The translations under genes and the position numbers were made by a program. Positions 21,833-32,918 of a DNA stretch of 64,000 bases are shown piece by piece (within the stretch, counting starts at the first letter, position 1; every line of letters starts with the position of its first letter). Under the pieces are notes generated by a model. It did not search any database. It worked only from the letters and a program-made list of their open reading frames with translations, and was not told where the DNA came from. The DNA is taken from the NCBI GenBank assembly GCA_963849325.1, contig CAWKHF010000006.1:96001-160000 (forward strand). Direction: 5' to 3'. The stretch is from an uncultured Planctomycetota bacterium (lineage in GTDB: Bacteria > Planctomycetota > Planctomycetia > Gemmatales > Gemmataceae).

Positions 21833-24138
21833 ATGCCTTCCACTCCATCGCCTCTGCGTTGGCTTCACGCTTTCGAGTCGGCGCTGGGCTGGCTGCTGCG
21901 CTATCCTCTCCTGCCGCTTCAAATCCTGCTGTTTTTCCTGGTCGCCTGGGGCCGACTCGGCTACGACCTCGGAGCGGAAGACCTGTTCTGGAGCGAGCAC
22001 GCCGGCGAGCAGATCCTCAACGGCGTCGCCTGCGGACTGCTGTTCGGCGAAGTCCTACTGGTCCGCTACCTTCTCGATCCGAATCGCCGACGCTTCTCGT
22101 TCCGCTTCTCCCTCTTCCCCGTCGCGGACGCCGACGTCCGCCGCCTGGGAGCGTATCTGCTGAGGTTGTGGATCCCGAGCTTGCTGGTCCTGTGGGGAGG
22201 CAAACTCTTCTTCCATGACGTTTGGACGGGCGACGTTCGCGTCTGGGCGTTGCCCATCGGCCTGGTCCTCGCCGTCGGGGCGAGCGTTGGGGTCATCGGT
22301 GCGGCCAGCCGGTTTGACTTCCTCACCCGGTTGATCCGGCGCGGGTTGCCGAGCGACACGGAGGCGCTCTCCCTCCACGGCGTGGCCCTGCTGACCACGC
22401 TGTTGTCCGTCCTGGCCCTCTTCCTCCTCTACGTCCTTCACTTCTCCGGCAGCGTATTTTCCCCGATCCTGGTCCTGTGCGTATTGCTCATACTGGCCGA
22501 CGCCGTTTACGGCTTCCTCGCCTTCTGGGCGCCAGGCTCTCAGTTCCTCGCCCTAGTGCTGGTAGTGGGCTTCGCCCTGCTGGCCAACAACAGGTCCGAC
22601 CACGCTTACAAACTCACGTTCCCCAACCTGGAAGACCAGTACGCCAACCCTCTCCGCATCGACGAGGAGTTGGTGGGAGAGGAAGGCGGCAAGCACAAGC
22701 GTCTCGACCATTACTACGAACTGCTGAGAAAACAGGCCGACGGAGAGGAGACGAAGCCCGACCTGATCGCCAGCGAGGGACCTGTGCGAGCGATGGCGGA
22801 GCGTTGGCGGCAAGAGCACAACGACGGCAGCAAACCGCGGCTGGTGCTCATCGCGACCAGCGGCGGCGGCATCCGGGCGGCGGTGTGGACAGCGGTGGTG
22901 CTGGACGGACTGGAGCGCGAGATCGGCCCTCCCTTCCGCGATCACATCCGCCTGTTCACCGGGGCCAGCGGAGGCATGGTCGGGGCCGCCCTGTACGTCG
23001 CCGACTTCGAGAACGCGCCCGCCGATCGGTCGCCGATCAACCCGGACACCGGACTCCGAGGTCTCTCCGAGGAACTGGCTCGGGACAGTTTCGCCGCACC
23101 GTACAGACGATGCTGCTGCAAGACTTGCCAACCCTATGGCGACCGGGCCAGCTCCACTGGGACCGGGGACGCGAACTCGAGCAAACGTGGGCCAAGAACA
23201 CCCTCCGAGCGAACGGACGTTCGCCGTTCCAAAAGTCGTTCAACGAGTTAAAAGACCTCGAAAAAGAGGGACGCCGGCCATCGCTGATTTTCGCGCCGAT
23301 GCTGGTCGAGGACGCTCGTCGGCTGCTGGTCAGCAACCTCGACCTGCTCGACCTGACCTGGACCTCCGGCGACGTACTCGGCTTCACGTCGTTTGCAAAG
23401 CAGTATCCATTCCCCGCCGCGCCCGATCGGCCGCTGTTGTCGCTCGAGTCCGTCGAGCTGTTCCGGCTGTTCCCGTGTGCGCAGGCCAGGTTCGAGGTCG
23501 GCACCGCCGGCCGGATGAACGCCTCCTTTCCGCTGGTCAGCCCCGGCGTCAGCCTGCCGACCAATCCGCCGCGGCGCGTCGTGGACGCCGGCTATTACGA
23601 CAACTATGGGGTCAACCTGGCGGCGCGATGGCTGTATCGTCACGAGCCGGCCCTCCGCGAATACACCTCCGGCGTTGTCCTGATCGAGGTTCGCGCCTAT
23701 CGCAACGGCTACGCGCGCTGGCACTTCCAGGACAAGGAAGCGGAGAAATCGCAACCCGACCCCAACCGCGAGGGAGCGCCCCGCCGGGACCGAGATGCGC
23801 TGGAGGCGACCCTGGAGTGGCTGTCCACGCCGGTCGAGGCGCTGTTGAACGCACGCGATCGGGCGGCCTACTACCGCAATGACGAGCTGCTCGAAGGACT
23901 GGACCGGCATTTCAACCGCAAGCAGTCGGATTTCTTCACGACGATCGCGTTCGAGTGTGAGGTGGACGCCGCCCTGAGCTGGACGCTGCCGGCCAACGAA
24001 GCCCGGCGGATCGCCCAGGCGTTTTATCGCCGGCCGGATAGCGCGGACGCCGCCGAGCGGATGCCGCGCTGGATCCGGACTCGGGTGCGATCTCTGCAAG
24101 ATTGGTTCGGCAAGGGCGGACGAGTCTCGGCCCCCTGA
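21833..24138 (+). CDS. Polytopic membrane protein with patatin/cPLA2-like phospholipase domain (frameshift near 23095)
   Basis: About seven N-terminal hydrophobic segments; SGGGIRA, GASGG, NASFPLVSP, VDAGYYDN. Confidence 0.82.
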
Positions 24139-24169
24139 CGACCTCGGGCTTTATCCGTGGGAGGCGCCC

Positions 24170-27100
24170 ATGTCTGTGAATCGGCAGGAGGGCGGACTGC
24201 TGCTCGGCTTCGCCGCCCTGGCCACCCTTTTCGTGACGATGCAACCCAAACCGGCCGAACACAGCATCGCCAAGGAAGGGGAGAAACGACGCGAGGAAGC
24301 GAAGGCGTCGCTGCGCGATGCCGGCCCGTCCGAGGGACCGGTGCCGGATGGACCGACCAAGCCCATCTGGGACTTCCTCGCGCTCGCTCCGGCGAAGGCC
24401 GAGACGCGGACCACACGCTACGCGGTTGAGCTATCCCGCAACGGCGCCGTCGTTACGGAAGAGACGGCCGGTCCCGAGGCGGCGGCGAAGCTCTACGATT
24501 GGCCCGCGTGCTGTGATCTGGAGGGTTTCACGTTTCGCTTCCTGATAGCCACGGTGCCGGACCCGTTCGATTCCGGCTTCGGCTATGCGTTCGACCAGGT
24601 GGTGGAGGCGGTGCAGCGCGCCGTGGAGGCGGACGATTACGTCATCGACCGCGCCTGGCTTCCGTGGCGCCGCGCCGCCTCGGGCCGGCCCGCCGATCCG
24701 CGCCTTCACGAGAGACATCCGGGCCTGGTCCTCTTCCGCGACGACAATCCGCCGACGAAGGCTTCGCAACGGGGCGGCCGACTACAACGGCGACTGCTGG
24801 CCCTGCTGCTGGTCGGCGAAACCGCCACGGCTGGCATCAACCGATTCGCCTTCCGCAACGCCGTCCGCGTCATCCACTCCTGTCCGGGGCACAAGGAAGA
24901 GGGCAATCGCATCCGCGTTCTGGGGCCTCACTTTTCCGGCTCGGCCGTCTCCCTCGGCCTGGCACTGCAGGAGACCCGGAAAATCATGGAGCACATGCCC
25001 CGCGGGGAGAAGCCGCGCGAGCCGTGGATCAAGGTCGTCTGCGGCAGCGCGTCGGGGTTCATTCACCACGACTTTGTCAAGACCTACGACGAGGACGGAT
25101 GGCGGGGCGACCCGAAAGACGAGGAGGAGCCGGCTTTCGCAACCACCATCCTGCCCAATGACCTGCTGCTTCGCTGGGCACGCAAATACCTGGGCAACCC
25201 AGCCGACCCCGTACACGGGAAATCGCCGGCGCCGATCGTCGTGCTCCACGAAGCGAACACGAGTTTCGGCCAGTTTTCGATCGACCTGAATATGATCGGC
25301 AAGGGGAAACAAACCGGAGACAACGACCAGAAAATCGAGTTGTTCCTGATACCGTTCCCCCTGCACATTTCGCAGCTGCGGGCTTCCTATACGAAGGAGC
25401 AGATGGCCCGCGCCGAGAGCCAGGGCTTGCCGCGCTCGGGCCGAAACCTCCCCTTCCCCTCGGAGGACCAGGACAAGGGAGAGGCGGGACAGGAGGCGAT
25501 TGCCGTCCAAAATCCGCTGATGACGGCCGCCATCGACGACCTGGTCCTCGGCAACCTGGTCACCACCATGGCGCAAAAGCGGACCAACTATGCCTGCCTG
25601 GTCAGTACCGACGTCCGCGACACGATCTTTCTGGCTCAGGAGATCCGCAACCATCAACGTGACGTGCAGCTCGTCACCCTGGGCAGCGATCTGCTTTTGA
25701 CGCACGAGGACTACAACTACGCCCTGCACGGTATGGTCGTGGCTTCGACCTATCCGCTTTACCCCTCCGTCCAGGGGTGGAGCGACGTGGCGCGGGACCG
25801 GCGCTACTCCGGACGGATCCTCTTCGCCCAGGAGGCTTACCAAGGCTGCTATAACGCCGCCCTCGTCCACCTCGCGGACAAGCAGAAGGAGAGGACGCAG
25901 GCGGAGAAACTCACGTCCCTCATGATGGATTACGGTTGGGAGGGGACGCGAGGAGATGTCACCATGCCGCCGCTGTGGATCAGCGTGGTCGGCGGCAACG
26001 GACAGATGGTCCCCGTCACGTACATCGCGCCGAAGGAGTATGCCCCGTGCGATGACTCTCTCCAGTACCTCTATCAGCGGAAGCGCGCGCCCTCGGCCCC
26101 CAATCGGGTATCTTACGGGCGGCTGACTCCTCCCAACATGTGGTTCTTCTCCTTCGCCGTCTTCCTGGTTGTCAACGTCTGTTTTTTTTATCGCGTCTGC
26201 TACTACTTGGGGGACTCGTGCTGGGGCGTCACCGTCGCCGACCGTGCCGCGCGCTACAAGCAGCGCATCGACTTCGCGGTGGGCTGCCTGGCCCAGGTGC
26301 TGCTATACGGGATGATGGCGGAGCTGACCTGCACGCCTCTGCGGGCCGGCCTCTGGACACAAGACCGTCTCGTCGCCTTCGCGGTCGGCCTGGTCCTGCT
26401 CGCCTCCGTCCTCATGGTGGCGGCCGCCTGGGTCATGCTGATAGTCGCTCACTGTCAGGAGTTCGAGGGCTTCGCGCTGAAGCGCCGCTGGGATGCCTAC
26501 GTGGAGATATTTCGGGGGTCGGCAACCATGCGTGGCTGGCCCCGTTGGCTGGGCTGGCCATCGCGCGGCGGCTCCTGGATTGCCGTCTCCGACCTTGCCA
26601 TGCTCGCGGTAGTGACCTTCGCGGTGGTCGGTTTCGCCTGGCGTATCTTCTTCAGCGCCACCGGCGACTTTCAGCCCCAGAAGATGATCCAGTTCGAGCG
26701 AACCGTTCATCTCTCCAATGGTGTCTCCCCCCTTCTGCCGCGCGTGTTCTTTTGCGCGGCCCTGTTCGGCTGGAGTTTCTTCCTCGTCAAGAAGCTGCAC
26801 CTGGCCAACCATTACTCCGTCGAGAGTCCGTTCCCCTGCAATGGGTCGGCGAGCTTCAACGGACTGCGCGGCCTCCACCGCGCCGTCCATTCCGAGCTGA
26901 TGCCGCCGAGCACGCTTCAGAAGCATTTCGGCTGGTGCTTGTTGACGTTCGGGCTGGTGCTGATTGGCTTCATCAAGCTGGCTTACGACGCCGCCTGGCC
27001 GATAGACGGTGTGGGGTTTGGCCGCTGGGCGTCGATCGGGTTTTGCGCCGGCTCCTTCTTGCTGTTGTTTACCCTGCTCCAGTTTCACTTCGCCTGGCGC

Positions 27101-28084
27101 AGCCTGCGCAAGTTGCTGCGTTTCGTGGCCCTGCTGCCAATGCAGAACGCCTTCGAGCGCCTCTCCGACAAGGTAGTGGGCATCTTCGGCCACTACCTGT
27201 ATTCCCTGCGTCCTCGGCACTCCCACCTTGGCATCAACGTCCAGCAGTTCCATCGGGTGCGCCGGCTGTTCCTGCCCTTCCGCGTCGAACTGCAGCGCGC
27301 CGCTCAATCGAACCTTCCCCTCGGGCAACTAGACCCCGCGACCCTCGGCGCTGCCTGGCAGGAAGTGCAAATCGTTTTCCCCAACTTGGTGTTCGGCCCG
27401 CCCGTCGCTCAACAGTTCGACCAGGAGTTGAATCCCGTCGTCGAGGAGGACATGGAGCCGCCGGCCGGTTCGTCCGTCCTGGAATGGGGCGGCGTCACCG
27501 GAGAGGACATTCACCAGCTGACGCGGCGCTGCCTTCGCGTGCTGTATCCGTTCTGGTCGATCCACTCGATGGAAGAGGCGTTCGGGCGGGCGCCCCAAAC
27601 CGGCGAGTCGGCGGAACACGCGGCCGGTACACCGAACTTCCTGTCGCTGCCGGAAGGCGACGCCCTCCGCGAGTGGATCGTCGCCGCCGAAGACTTCGTC
27701 GCCATCGAGATCATCCGCTATCTGAGCCAATTTATCGTCCAGCTCCGCAATCTCCTCACCTGCCTGACGCTCGGCTCCTTGCTGCTGGTGTTGGCGGCAA
27801 CGGTGTACCCCTTCTCCGCGCAGTACCAACTGCTCCTCTTTCTGACCGCCCTGGCCGGCGGCATCGCCCTGTTCATCCTGACGTTCCTGGTCCAGCTCAA
27901 CCGGGACGAACTCGTCAGCCGGATCACTCGGAGTACGCCGAACCGCTTCACGCCGGACTGGTCTTTCCTGCACGGCGCAACCGCCTATGTCTTGCCGATC
28001 CTCGCCGGCTTGATGGTGCAATTCCCGTTGGTGACCTCGACGCTGCGATCACTGCTGGATCCCCTCTTCCACATCATCAAATGA
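24170..28084 (+). CDS. 1304-aa membrane protein with a large N-terminal soluble domain and about 10-12 TM segments
   Basis: Intact long ORF with GGAGG RBS; N-terminal hydrophobic segment, about 630 soluble residues, then many hydrophobic helices. Confidence 0.8.
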   Translation: MSVNRQEGGLLLGFAALATLFVTMQPKPAEHSIAKEGEKRREEAKASLRDAGPSEGPVPDGPTKPIWDFLALAPAKAETRTTRYAVELSRNGAVVTEETAGPEAAAKLYDWPACCDLEGFTFRFLIATVPDPFDSGFGYAFDQVVEAVQRAVEADDYVIDRAWLPWRRAASGRPADPRLHERHPGLVLFRDDNPPTKASQRGGRLQRRLLALLLVGETATAGINRFAFRNAVRVIHSCPGHKEEGNRIRVLGPHFSGSAVSLGLALQETRKIMEHMPRGEKPREPWIKVVCGSASGFIHHDFVKTYDEDGWRGDPKDEEEPAFATTILPNDLLLRWARKYLGNPADPVHGKSPAPIVVLHEANTSFGQFSIDLNMIGKGKQTGDNDQKIELFLIPFPLHISQLRASYTKEQMARAESQGLPRSGRNLPFPSEDQDKGEAGQEAIAVQNPLMTAAIDDLVLGNLVTTMAQKRTNYACLVSTDVRDTIFLAQEIRNHQRDVQLVTLGSDLLLTHEDYNYALHGMVVASTYPLYPSVQGWSDVARDRRYSGRILFAQEAYQGCYNAALVHLADKQKERTQAEKLTSLMMDYGWEGTRGDVTMPPLWISVVGGNGQMVPVTYIAPKEYAPCDDSLQYLYQRKRAPSAPNRVSYGRLTPPNMWFFSFAVFLVVNVCFFYRVCYYLGDSCWGVTVADRAARYKQRIDFAVGCLAQVLLYGMMAELTCTPLRAGLWTQDRLVAFAVGLVLLASVLMVAAAWVMLIVAHCQEFEGFALKRRWDAYVEIFRGSATMRGWPRWLGWPSRGGSWIAVSDLAMLAVVTFAVVGFAWRIFFSATGDFQPQKMIQFERTVHLSNGVSPLLPRVFFCAALFGWSFFLVKKLHLANHYSVESPFPCNGSASFNGLRGLHRAVHSELMPPSTLQKHFGWCLLTFGLVLIGFIKLAYDAAWPIDGVGFGRWASIGFCAGSFLLLFTLLQFHFAWRSLRKLLRFVALLPMQNAFERLSDKVVGIFGHYLYSLRPRHSHLGINVQQFHRVRRLFLPFRVELQRAAQSNLPLGQLDPATLGAAWQEVQIVFPNLVFGPPVAQQFDQELNPVVEEDMEPPAGSSVLEWGGVTGEDIHQLTRRCLRVLYPFWSIHSMEEAFGRAPQTGESAEHAAGTPNFLSLPEGDALREWIVAAEDFVAIEIIRYLSQFIVQLRNLLTCLTLGSLLLVLAATVYPFSAQYQLLLFLTALAGGIALFILTFLVQLNRDELVSRITRSTPNRFTPDWSFLHGATAYVLPILAGLMVQFPLVTSTLRSLLDPLFHIIK

Positions 28085-28177
28085 GGGGCGGGAAGGCCTG
28101 CGCTTTCTTCAAATCTCTTTTATTTTCCCCACGCGGCCGGGTCGATCAATCAGACAGGCGGACACTTCTGGCTGCCG

Positions 28178-28237
28178 TCCGAGCCGCGACCGTCAGGGAG
28201 CGGAGAAAGCCCCGCTCGCTCACGCTCGCGGCTCGGA
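28178..28237. repeat. REP/REPIN-like palindrome, family B, copy 3 (inverted, variant right arm)
   Basis: TCCGAGCCGCGACCGTCAGGGAGCGG-AGAAAGCC-CCGCTCGCTCACGCTCGCGGCTCGGA. Confidence 0.88.
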
Positions 28238-28269
28238 TTGGTCCGCGCGCTCGAAGGAGGAGGGGCGAG

Positions 28270-29319
28270 ATGGGCAACCTGATCCTGTGGATGGAAGAAA
28301 ATCCCACGCTGACCGCCGGCTTGTGTGTGCTGGCGGTGTTCGGGTTGCTCAACCTGTTGGCCTATCGCCACGCCCGCGCCCTGACGCACTTCGCGCCGCC
28401 GCTCCGCGGTTTGCGGACGAGAGAGGGCCGGCGTCCGCGGGAGGGACCGTTGACGCTCGCGGACAAGGTACGTCTGGCCGTCAACGGCGTGGCGATGGAG
28501 CGACCCACCGAGGAAGGACGGCCGGATCAGATCGGACTGCCTTACGAGGACCACGACTTGGCGGGAGGCGGCGGACGACTCGCTGCCTGGCACATCCCTC
28601 ACGCCAACCCGGCCGGACTGGTCGTCCTCTTTCACGGTTACGCCGCCGGCAAAGCCCGCTTGCTGCCGGAAGCGAAGGGCTTCCACGATCTCGGCTACGC
28701 CTGTTTCCTCGTCGATTTTCGCGGCCACGGCAGTTCGGACGGCGATCGCACGTCAATCGGCTACCACGAGGCCGACGACGTGGCGCGAACCGTGGCCTAC
28801 GTGCGCGGCCGCTGGCCGAGCGAGCGACTTCTCCTCTTTGGTCAGTCGATGGGGGCGGCGGCCGTATTGCGGGCGTTGGCTCGGCAGGCGATGAGGCCGG
28901 ACGCGGTGATGCTGGAGTGTCCGTTCGATCGGCTGCTGTCCACGGTGGAGGCGCGTTTCCGCGTCCTGGGGCTGCCGGCGTTCCCGGCGGCGCGGCTGCT
29001 GGTCTTCTGGGGCGGTTGGCAGCACGGTTTCAACGGCTTCGGCCACAACCCCGCCGCCTACGCGCGCCGCCTGACGTGTCCGGCCCTGCTGCTGCACGGC
29101 ACGCTCGACAACCGCGTCTCTGGCGCCCAGATTGCCTCGATCTATCACAACCTCGGCGGCGCCAAGCAGCTGCACTCGTTCGAGGGCGCCGGACACGAAT
29201 CCTTCGCGGCCGGTCGGCCGCAGGAGTGGAGCGCGTGTGTCGGTCGTTTCCTGCACGGTTTAGCCGCGACGCGCAGCGGAGCGCGGCAAGCCCCGCGCTC
29301 CGCGGCGCGTCGCGGCTAA
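28270..29319 (+). CDS. Alpha/beta hydrolase with N-terminal membrane anchor
   Basis: [40 protein letters not shown]. Confidence 0.9.
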   Translation: MGNLILWMEENPTLTAGLCVLAVFGLLNLLAYRHARALTHFAPPLRGLRTREGRRPREGPLTLADKVRLAVNGVAMERPTEEGRPDQIGLPYEDHDLAGGGGRLAAWHIPHANPAGLVVLFHGYAAGKARLLPEAKGFHDLGYACFLVDFRGHGSSDGDRTSIGYHEADDVARTVAYVRGRWPSERLLLFGQSMGAAAVLRALARQAMRPDAVMLECPFDRLLSTVEARFRVLGLPAFPAARLLVFWGGWQHGFNGFGHNPAAYARRLTCPALLLHGTLDNRVSGAQIASIYHNLGGAKQLHSFEGAGHESFAAGRPQEWSACVGRFLHGLAATRSGARQAPRSAARRG

Positions 29320-29321
29320 AC
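29258..29321. repeat. REP/REPIN-like palindrome, family A, copy 3, overlapping two convergent gene ends
   Basis: GTTTAGCCGCGACGCGCAGCGGAGCGCGG..CCGCGCTCCGCGGCGCGTCGCGGCTAAAC. Confidence 0.9.
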
Positions 29322-31217
29322 TCCATTCAATTCCACCGCTTCCTCCCAGTGCTCGTACAACTGCTGGAGCCGCGCCTTGGCTTCCTCGAACGCTCGGGTC
29401 GTCTGCTTGACGCGCTCGCCGTCGCGGTACAATTCCGGCGACGCCAGGAGCTGTTCCAATTCCTGAATCTCGGTCTCGGTGGCCGCGATCTCCGCTTCCA
29501 GATCCTCGACCTTGCGATAGGGGAACTTCCGTTTGCGCTTGCCCTTCGCCGGCGCCGGTTCCGGCGGCTCGGTCTTCTTTCGTATTTCGGATTTGGGAGG
29601 TCTGATCTCTCCCTGACCGGCGCACATCATCTGGTAGGTGTCGTAATTGCCGTGAATGACCTGGACGCGGCCGGCGCTGTCGAGCACCAGCAGCAGATCG
29701 ACGACGCGGTTGAGGAAGTAGCGATCGTGGCTGACCACGAGGACCGTGCCCTCGAACTCCAGCAGCGCCTGCTCCAGGGCGTCGCACGCCCACAGGTCGA
29801 GATGGTTGGTCGGCTCGTCGAGGACCAGGACGTTGACGCCCTGCGCCACCAGTTTGGCCAGGGCGGCCCGGCTCTTCTCGCCGCCGGACAGGTCGCCGAC
29901 GCGCTGGTAAATCTGTTCGCCGCTCAGCCCGAAACGGGCCAGCAGGTCGCGCATGCCTTGTTCCTCGGCACTGGGGTCGGCGTCCGGCCAGACGGCGCGG
30001 ATCACCGGCTTGTCCGCCGGCAGCGCTTGCAGGTTCTGATCGTAATAACCGAATTCGACCAGATGACCGCGCCGCACTTCGCCGCGATCTGGCTCCTCCT
30101 CGCCCAGCAGCACGCGCAATAGCGTCGTCTTGCCGCTGCCGTTTGGTCCCATGATGCCCATGCGCCGGCCGCGCGGCAGGCTGAAGCTCAGATCCTCAAA
30201 GAGCGGCTGATCGTACGACTTGGCCAGGTCCACGACGTCCAGCACCACGTCGCCGCTGCGGCGCACGGACCCGAAGTGCATGTGCGGCGTCTCGACCTTC
30301 GTCGGTCGTTCCAGCCGTTCGATCTTGTCGATGGCCTTCTGGCGCGACGCCGCCTGCTTGTGCAGCTGGCCATAGTGGACGCGGCGAATGTACTCCTCCT
30401 GCTTGGCGATGTACTCGCGCTGCGCTTCCCACGCCTTGCATTCCTGCTCGTAGCGTTCCTGGCGCAGCCGCCAGTATTGCCGGAAATTGCCGGGATACGA
30501 CGTGATGCGATGGCCGTGCAGCTCGAACACCTTGGTCACCACGCGGTCGAGAAAATAGCGATCGTGGCTGACGATCAGCATGGCCTCGGCCTGCTTGACG
30601 AGGTAGTCCTCCAGCCAGCGTGTCGTGTCGATGTCGAGATGGTTGCTCGGCTCGTCGAGCAGCATGACGTCGGGCGAGGCGAGCAGCAGCTTGGCGAGCA
30701 TGAGCCGGCCCTGCTGACCGCCGCTGAACGTCTCGACGGCCCGGCCGTAATCCTCCGGCCGGAAGCCGAGTCCGTCCAGCACCTGCTCGACGTGATGATC
30801 GACGTTGTAGGCATCGTGATGGCGCAGCAGCTCGTTGAGGCGATCGTAGCGCGCGGCGAGACTTTTGCGCTCGGCCTCGTCGCTGGCGCGGGCCAGCGCC
30901 TCGGCGGTGCGAATCATGTCGTCGTGAGCGGCGAGCAGCTCGTCGAGAGCGGAGCGCGCCTCGGCGAACAGGGTACGGCCCGGCTCGAACAGCGGCTGCT
31001 GGCGCAGCAGGCTGACGCGGGCGCCGGCGTGCAGCCGCACTTCGCCATCGTCGGGCCGATCGAGTCCGGCCAGGAGGCGCAGCAGCGTCGTCTTGCCGGC
31101 GCCGTTGGGACCGACAAGGCCGACGCGCTCGCCGGCCTGGAGTTCAAAGCCGATGTCCTGGAAAAGCGGCCCTTCGTCAAAGCCGCGAGAGAGGCGGGAG
31201 CAACTCAGCAACAACAT
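29316..31217 (-). CDS. ABC-F family ATPase (Uup/YheS-like)
   Basis: Two ABC domains ([47 protein letters not shown]) and a C-terminal coiled coil; no TM segments. Confidence 0.95.
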   Translation of the reverse strand: MLLLSCSRLSRGFDEGPLFQDIGFELQAGERVGLVGPNGAGKTTLLRLLAGLDRPDDGEVRLHAGARVSLLRQQPLFEPGRTLFAEARSALDELLAAHDDMIRTAEALARASDEAERKSLAARYDRLNELLRHHDAYNVDHHVEQVLDGLGFRPEDYGRAVETFSGGQQGRLMLAKLLLASPDVMLLDEPSNHLDIDTTRWLEDYLVKQAEAMLIVSHDRYFLDRVVTKVFELHGHRITSYPGNFRQYWRLRQERYEQECKAWEAQREYIAKQEEYIRRVHYGQLHKQAASRQKAIDKIERLERPTKVETPHMHFGSVRRSGDVVLDVVDLAKSYDQPLFEDLSFSLPRGRRMGIMGPNGSGKTTLLRVLLGEEEPDRGEVRRGHLVEFGYYDQNLQALPADKPVIRAVWPDADPSAEEQGMRDLLARFGLSGEQIYQRVGDLSGGEKSRAALAKLVAQGVNVLVLDEPTNHLDLWACDALEQALLEFEGTVLVVSHDRYFLNRVVDLLLVLDSAGRVQVIHGNYDTYQMMCAGQGEIRPPKSEIRKKTEPPEPAPAKGKRKRKFPYRKVEDLEAEIAATETEIQELEQLLASPELYRDGERVKQTTRAFEEAKARLQQLYEHWEEAVELNGV

Positions 31218-31284
31218 GCGCGATCGTCGGTCCTCTCGGGATGAACCAAAGGTGTTTCGCGGCGGCTCGGGGCATGGCCGCAAC

Positions 31285-32351
31285 CTATACCACCGGCGCT
31301 CCCGGCAAGGCTCGCAAGAAGCGTTCGATGTCGCCGGGGTTGTTGGCCTTCGGCTGGTGCGCTGGAAGAACTGCCGGGCTTCCTCTCGCCGGCCATCAAA
31401 CCACAATTGGTAGGCATACAGGAAGAGCAAAATGGCATCGTCGGGACGTTGGCGGAGCACGTCGTCGAGCCGCCGCAGGTGCTCGGCGTAGGTGGCGACG
31501 TTGGCGCCGTACAGTTCGATGGGCCGAAAGAGGACGGTCGGCCAGGCCGGTTGCAGGGCCAGTCCGACGTGGATGGCGTCCACGGCCTCGGCGTACTTGC
31601 CCAGCGCGAACAGTGTCTGAGCGAGCAGGAAGTGGGCGAACGGCTCGCGCGGCGCCACGGCGATGGCCTGGCGGAAGCGCTGGGCGGCCCGGCCATACTC
31701 GCCGGCGGCGAAGGCGGCGCGGCCCGCCTCGATCAGTCGAGCCGACTCGGCCGCCGGCTCCGCTTCCGGTTGCGGCGGACGCGGCCGCTCGGGCGGCTGA
31801 CCGGGCCGCCGCGGCGGCGCCGCTTGGGGAGGCGGCGGGGCCGGCGGCTCCGGCACCTTGGGCTGCTCCGGCGGAGGCGGCATCGCCTCGCGGGCGCGGG
31901 CACGGTTGTCCGGATCGAGGGGACGGAAGCCGCCGACGGGATCACCTTTGGGCAACGGCGGCTCGGACGGCGGAGGCGGCTGCACGCGCTCGGCGGGCGG
32001 TGGTTGCGGTTTGGGAGGGACCGGCGCGTCCTCGCGCGGCCGCGGCGGCAGTTCGTCTTCCAGCTCGTCCAGGAACAGCCGGGGCGGCGGCACCACCAGG
32101 ATGGGCGGGGGTGGGTAGAGGATCGTCATCTGTCGGTAGCTGTAGCCGAGTGGACCGAGGCGGAAGCCCGGCCCGTAAACGCCGCCGAGCGAGATGGCCA
32201 CGCGGACGCGCGGCCGGAGGATGCCGAACCCGATGCCACCATAGCCGATCCCGCCGTAGCCGTAGCCGCCGGGCAACAGCAGCTGCGCCCGCGAGGGCAC
32301 GGCCCCGAGAGCGAGGGCCGCCAACGCCAGCAAGCAACGGATGCGCGTCAT
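31285..32351 (-). CDS. Secreted Pro-rich TPR protein (frameshift near 31355)
   Basis: Signal peptide [17 protein letters not shown]; Gly/Tyr-rich then Pro-rich linker; [17 protein letters not shown]; corrected end ..ALPGAPVV stop. Confidence 0.75.
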
Positions 32352-32516
32352 GGCGGGTCCGTCCTTTCGTGTCGATCCTCTTTGTTCCGGAGTGCCGGCG
32401 CGGGGCCGGCGCGAGGGAGCTGCTTCTTCCGCAATTATCGACGGCGCCGCAGTCCCATGCAAGGCAGAAGTGGAAAAGGGGGATGGGCAAGGTGCGTGCG
32501 CGGATTGCGGTAGTCG

Positions 32517-32641
32517 CCCTCGTTCCCAAGCTCTGCTTGGGAACGCACGTCGGGAAGCTCTGCTTCCCGTCCAAGCATGGGGCCGACCCCGAAGCAGAGC
32601 TTCGCATCCGTGCGTTCCCAAGCAGAGCTTGGGAACGAGGG
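32517..32641. repeat. Nested REPIN/MITE-like palindromic element, family E
   Basis: Terminal inverted arms CCCTCGTTCCCAAGCTCTGCTTGGGAACGCACG, each self-complementary, plus an inner inverted pair GAAGCTCTGCTTC / GAAGCAGAGCTTC. Confidence 0.88.
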
Positions 32642-32918
32642 ACTGCGTATTGATTTCTCTCAAAATGTCAACCCAAAAAATAGTTACAAATCCGTAGGTT
32701 GATGAGATCAAAATGAGAAAAGGACAGCAAACTTACCGAACCGTACTCCAAGCTGAGCCATGACTTGAGGAAAAAATCGAAAAAATCAAAAAATCCTTGT
32801 CCGATTTGAAGCGCCGATTTCGATGGAATAAGTAGGGCCGATGGAAACGCCGTCCGGTGTTTTCCTCCCTTCCGGCCCGTGACGCACCCCCTACAGACCC
32901 GCACCGTGAGGTAAACCC

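Noticed and set aside
26140-28269. Long N-terminal extension of the alpha/beta hydrolase
   Set aside because: Arg/Pro-rich off-frame shadow of the 1304-aa gene; a strong RBS supports the start at 28270.
29316-32711. 1131-aa TPR/ABC-F fusion in the ORF track
   Set aside because: A frameshift near 31355 bypasses the TPR gene stop at 31285; a signal-peptide protein fused to a cytoplasmic ABC-F is implausible.
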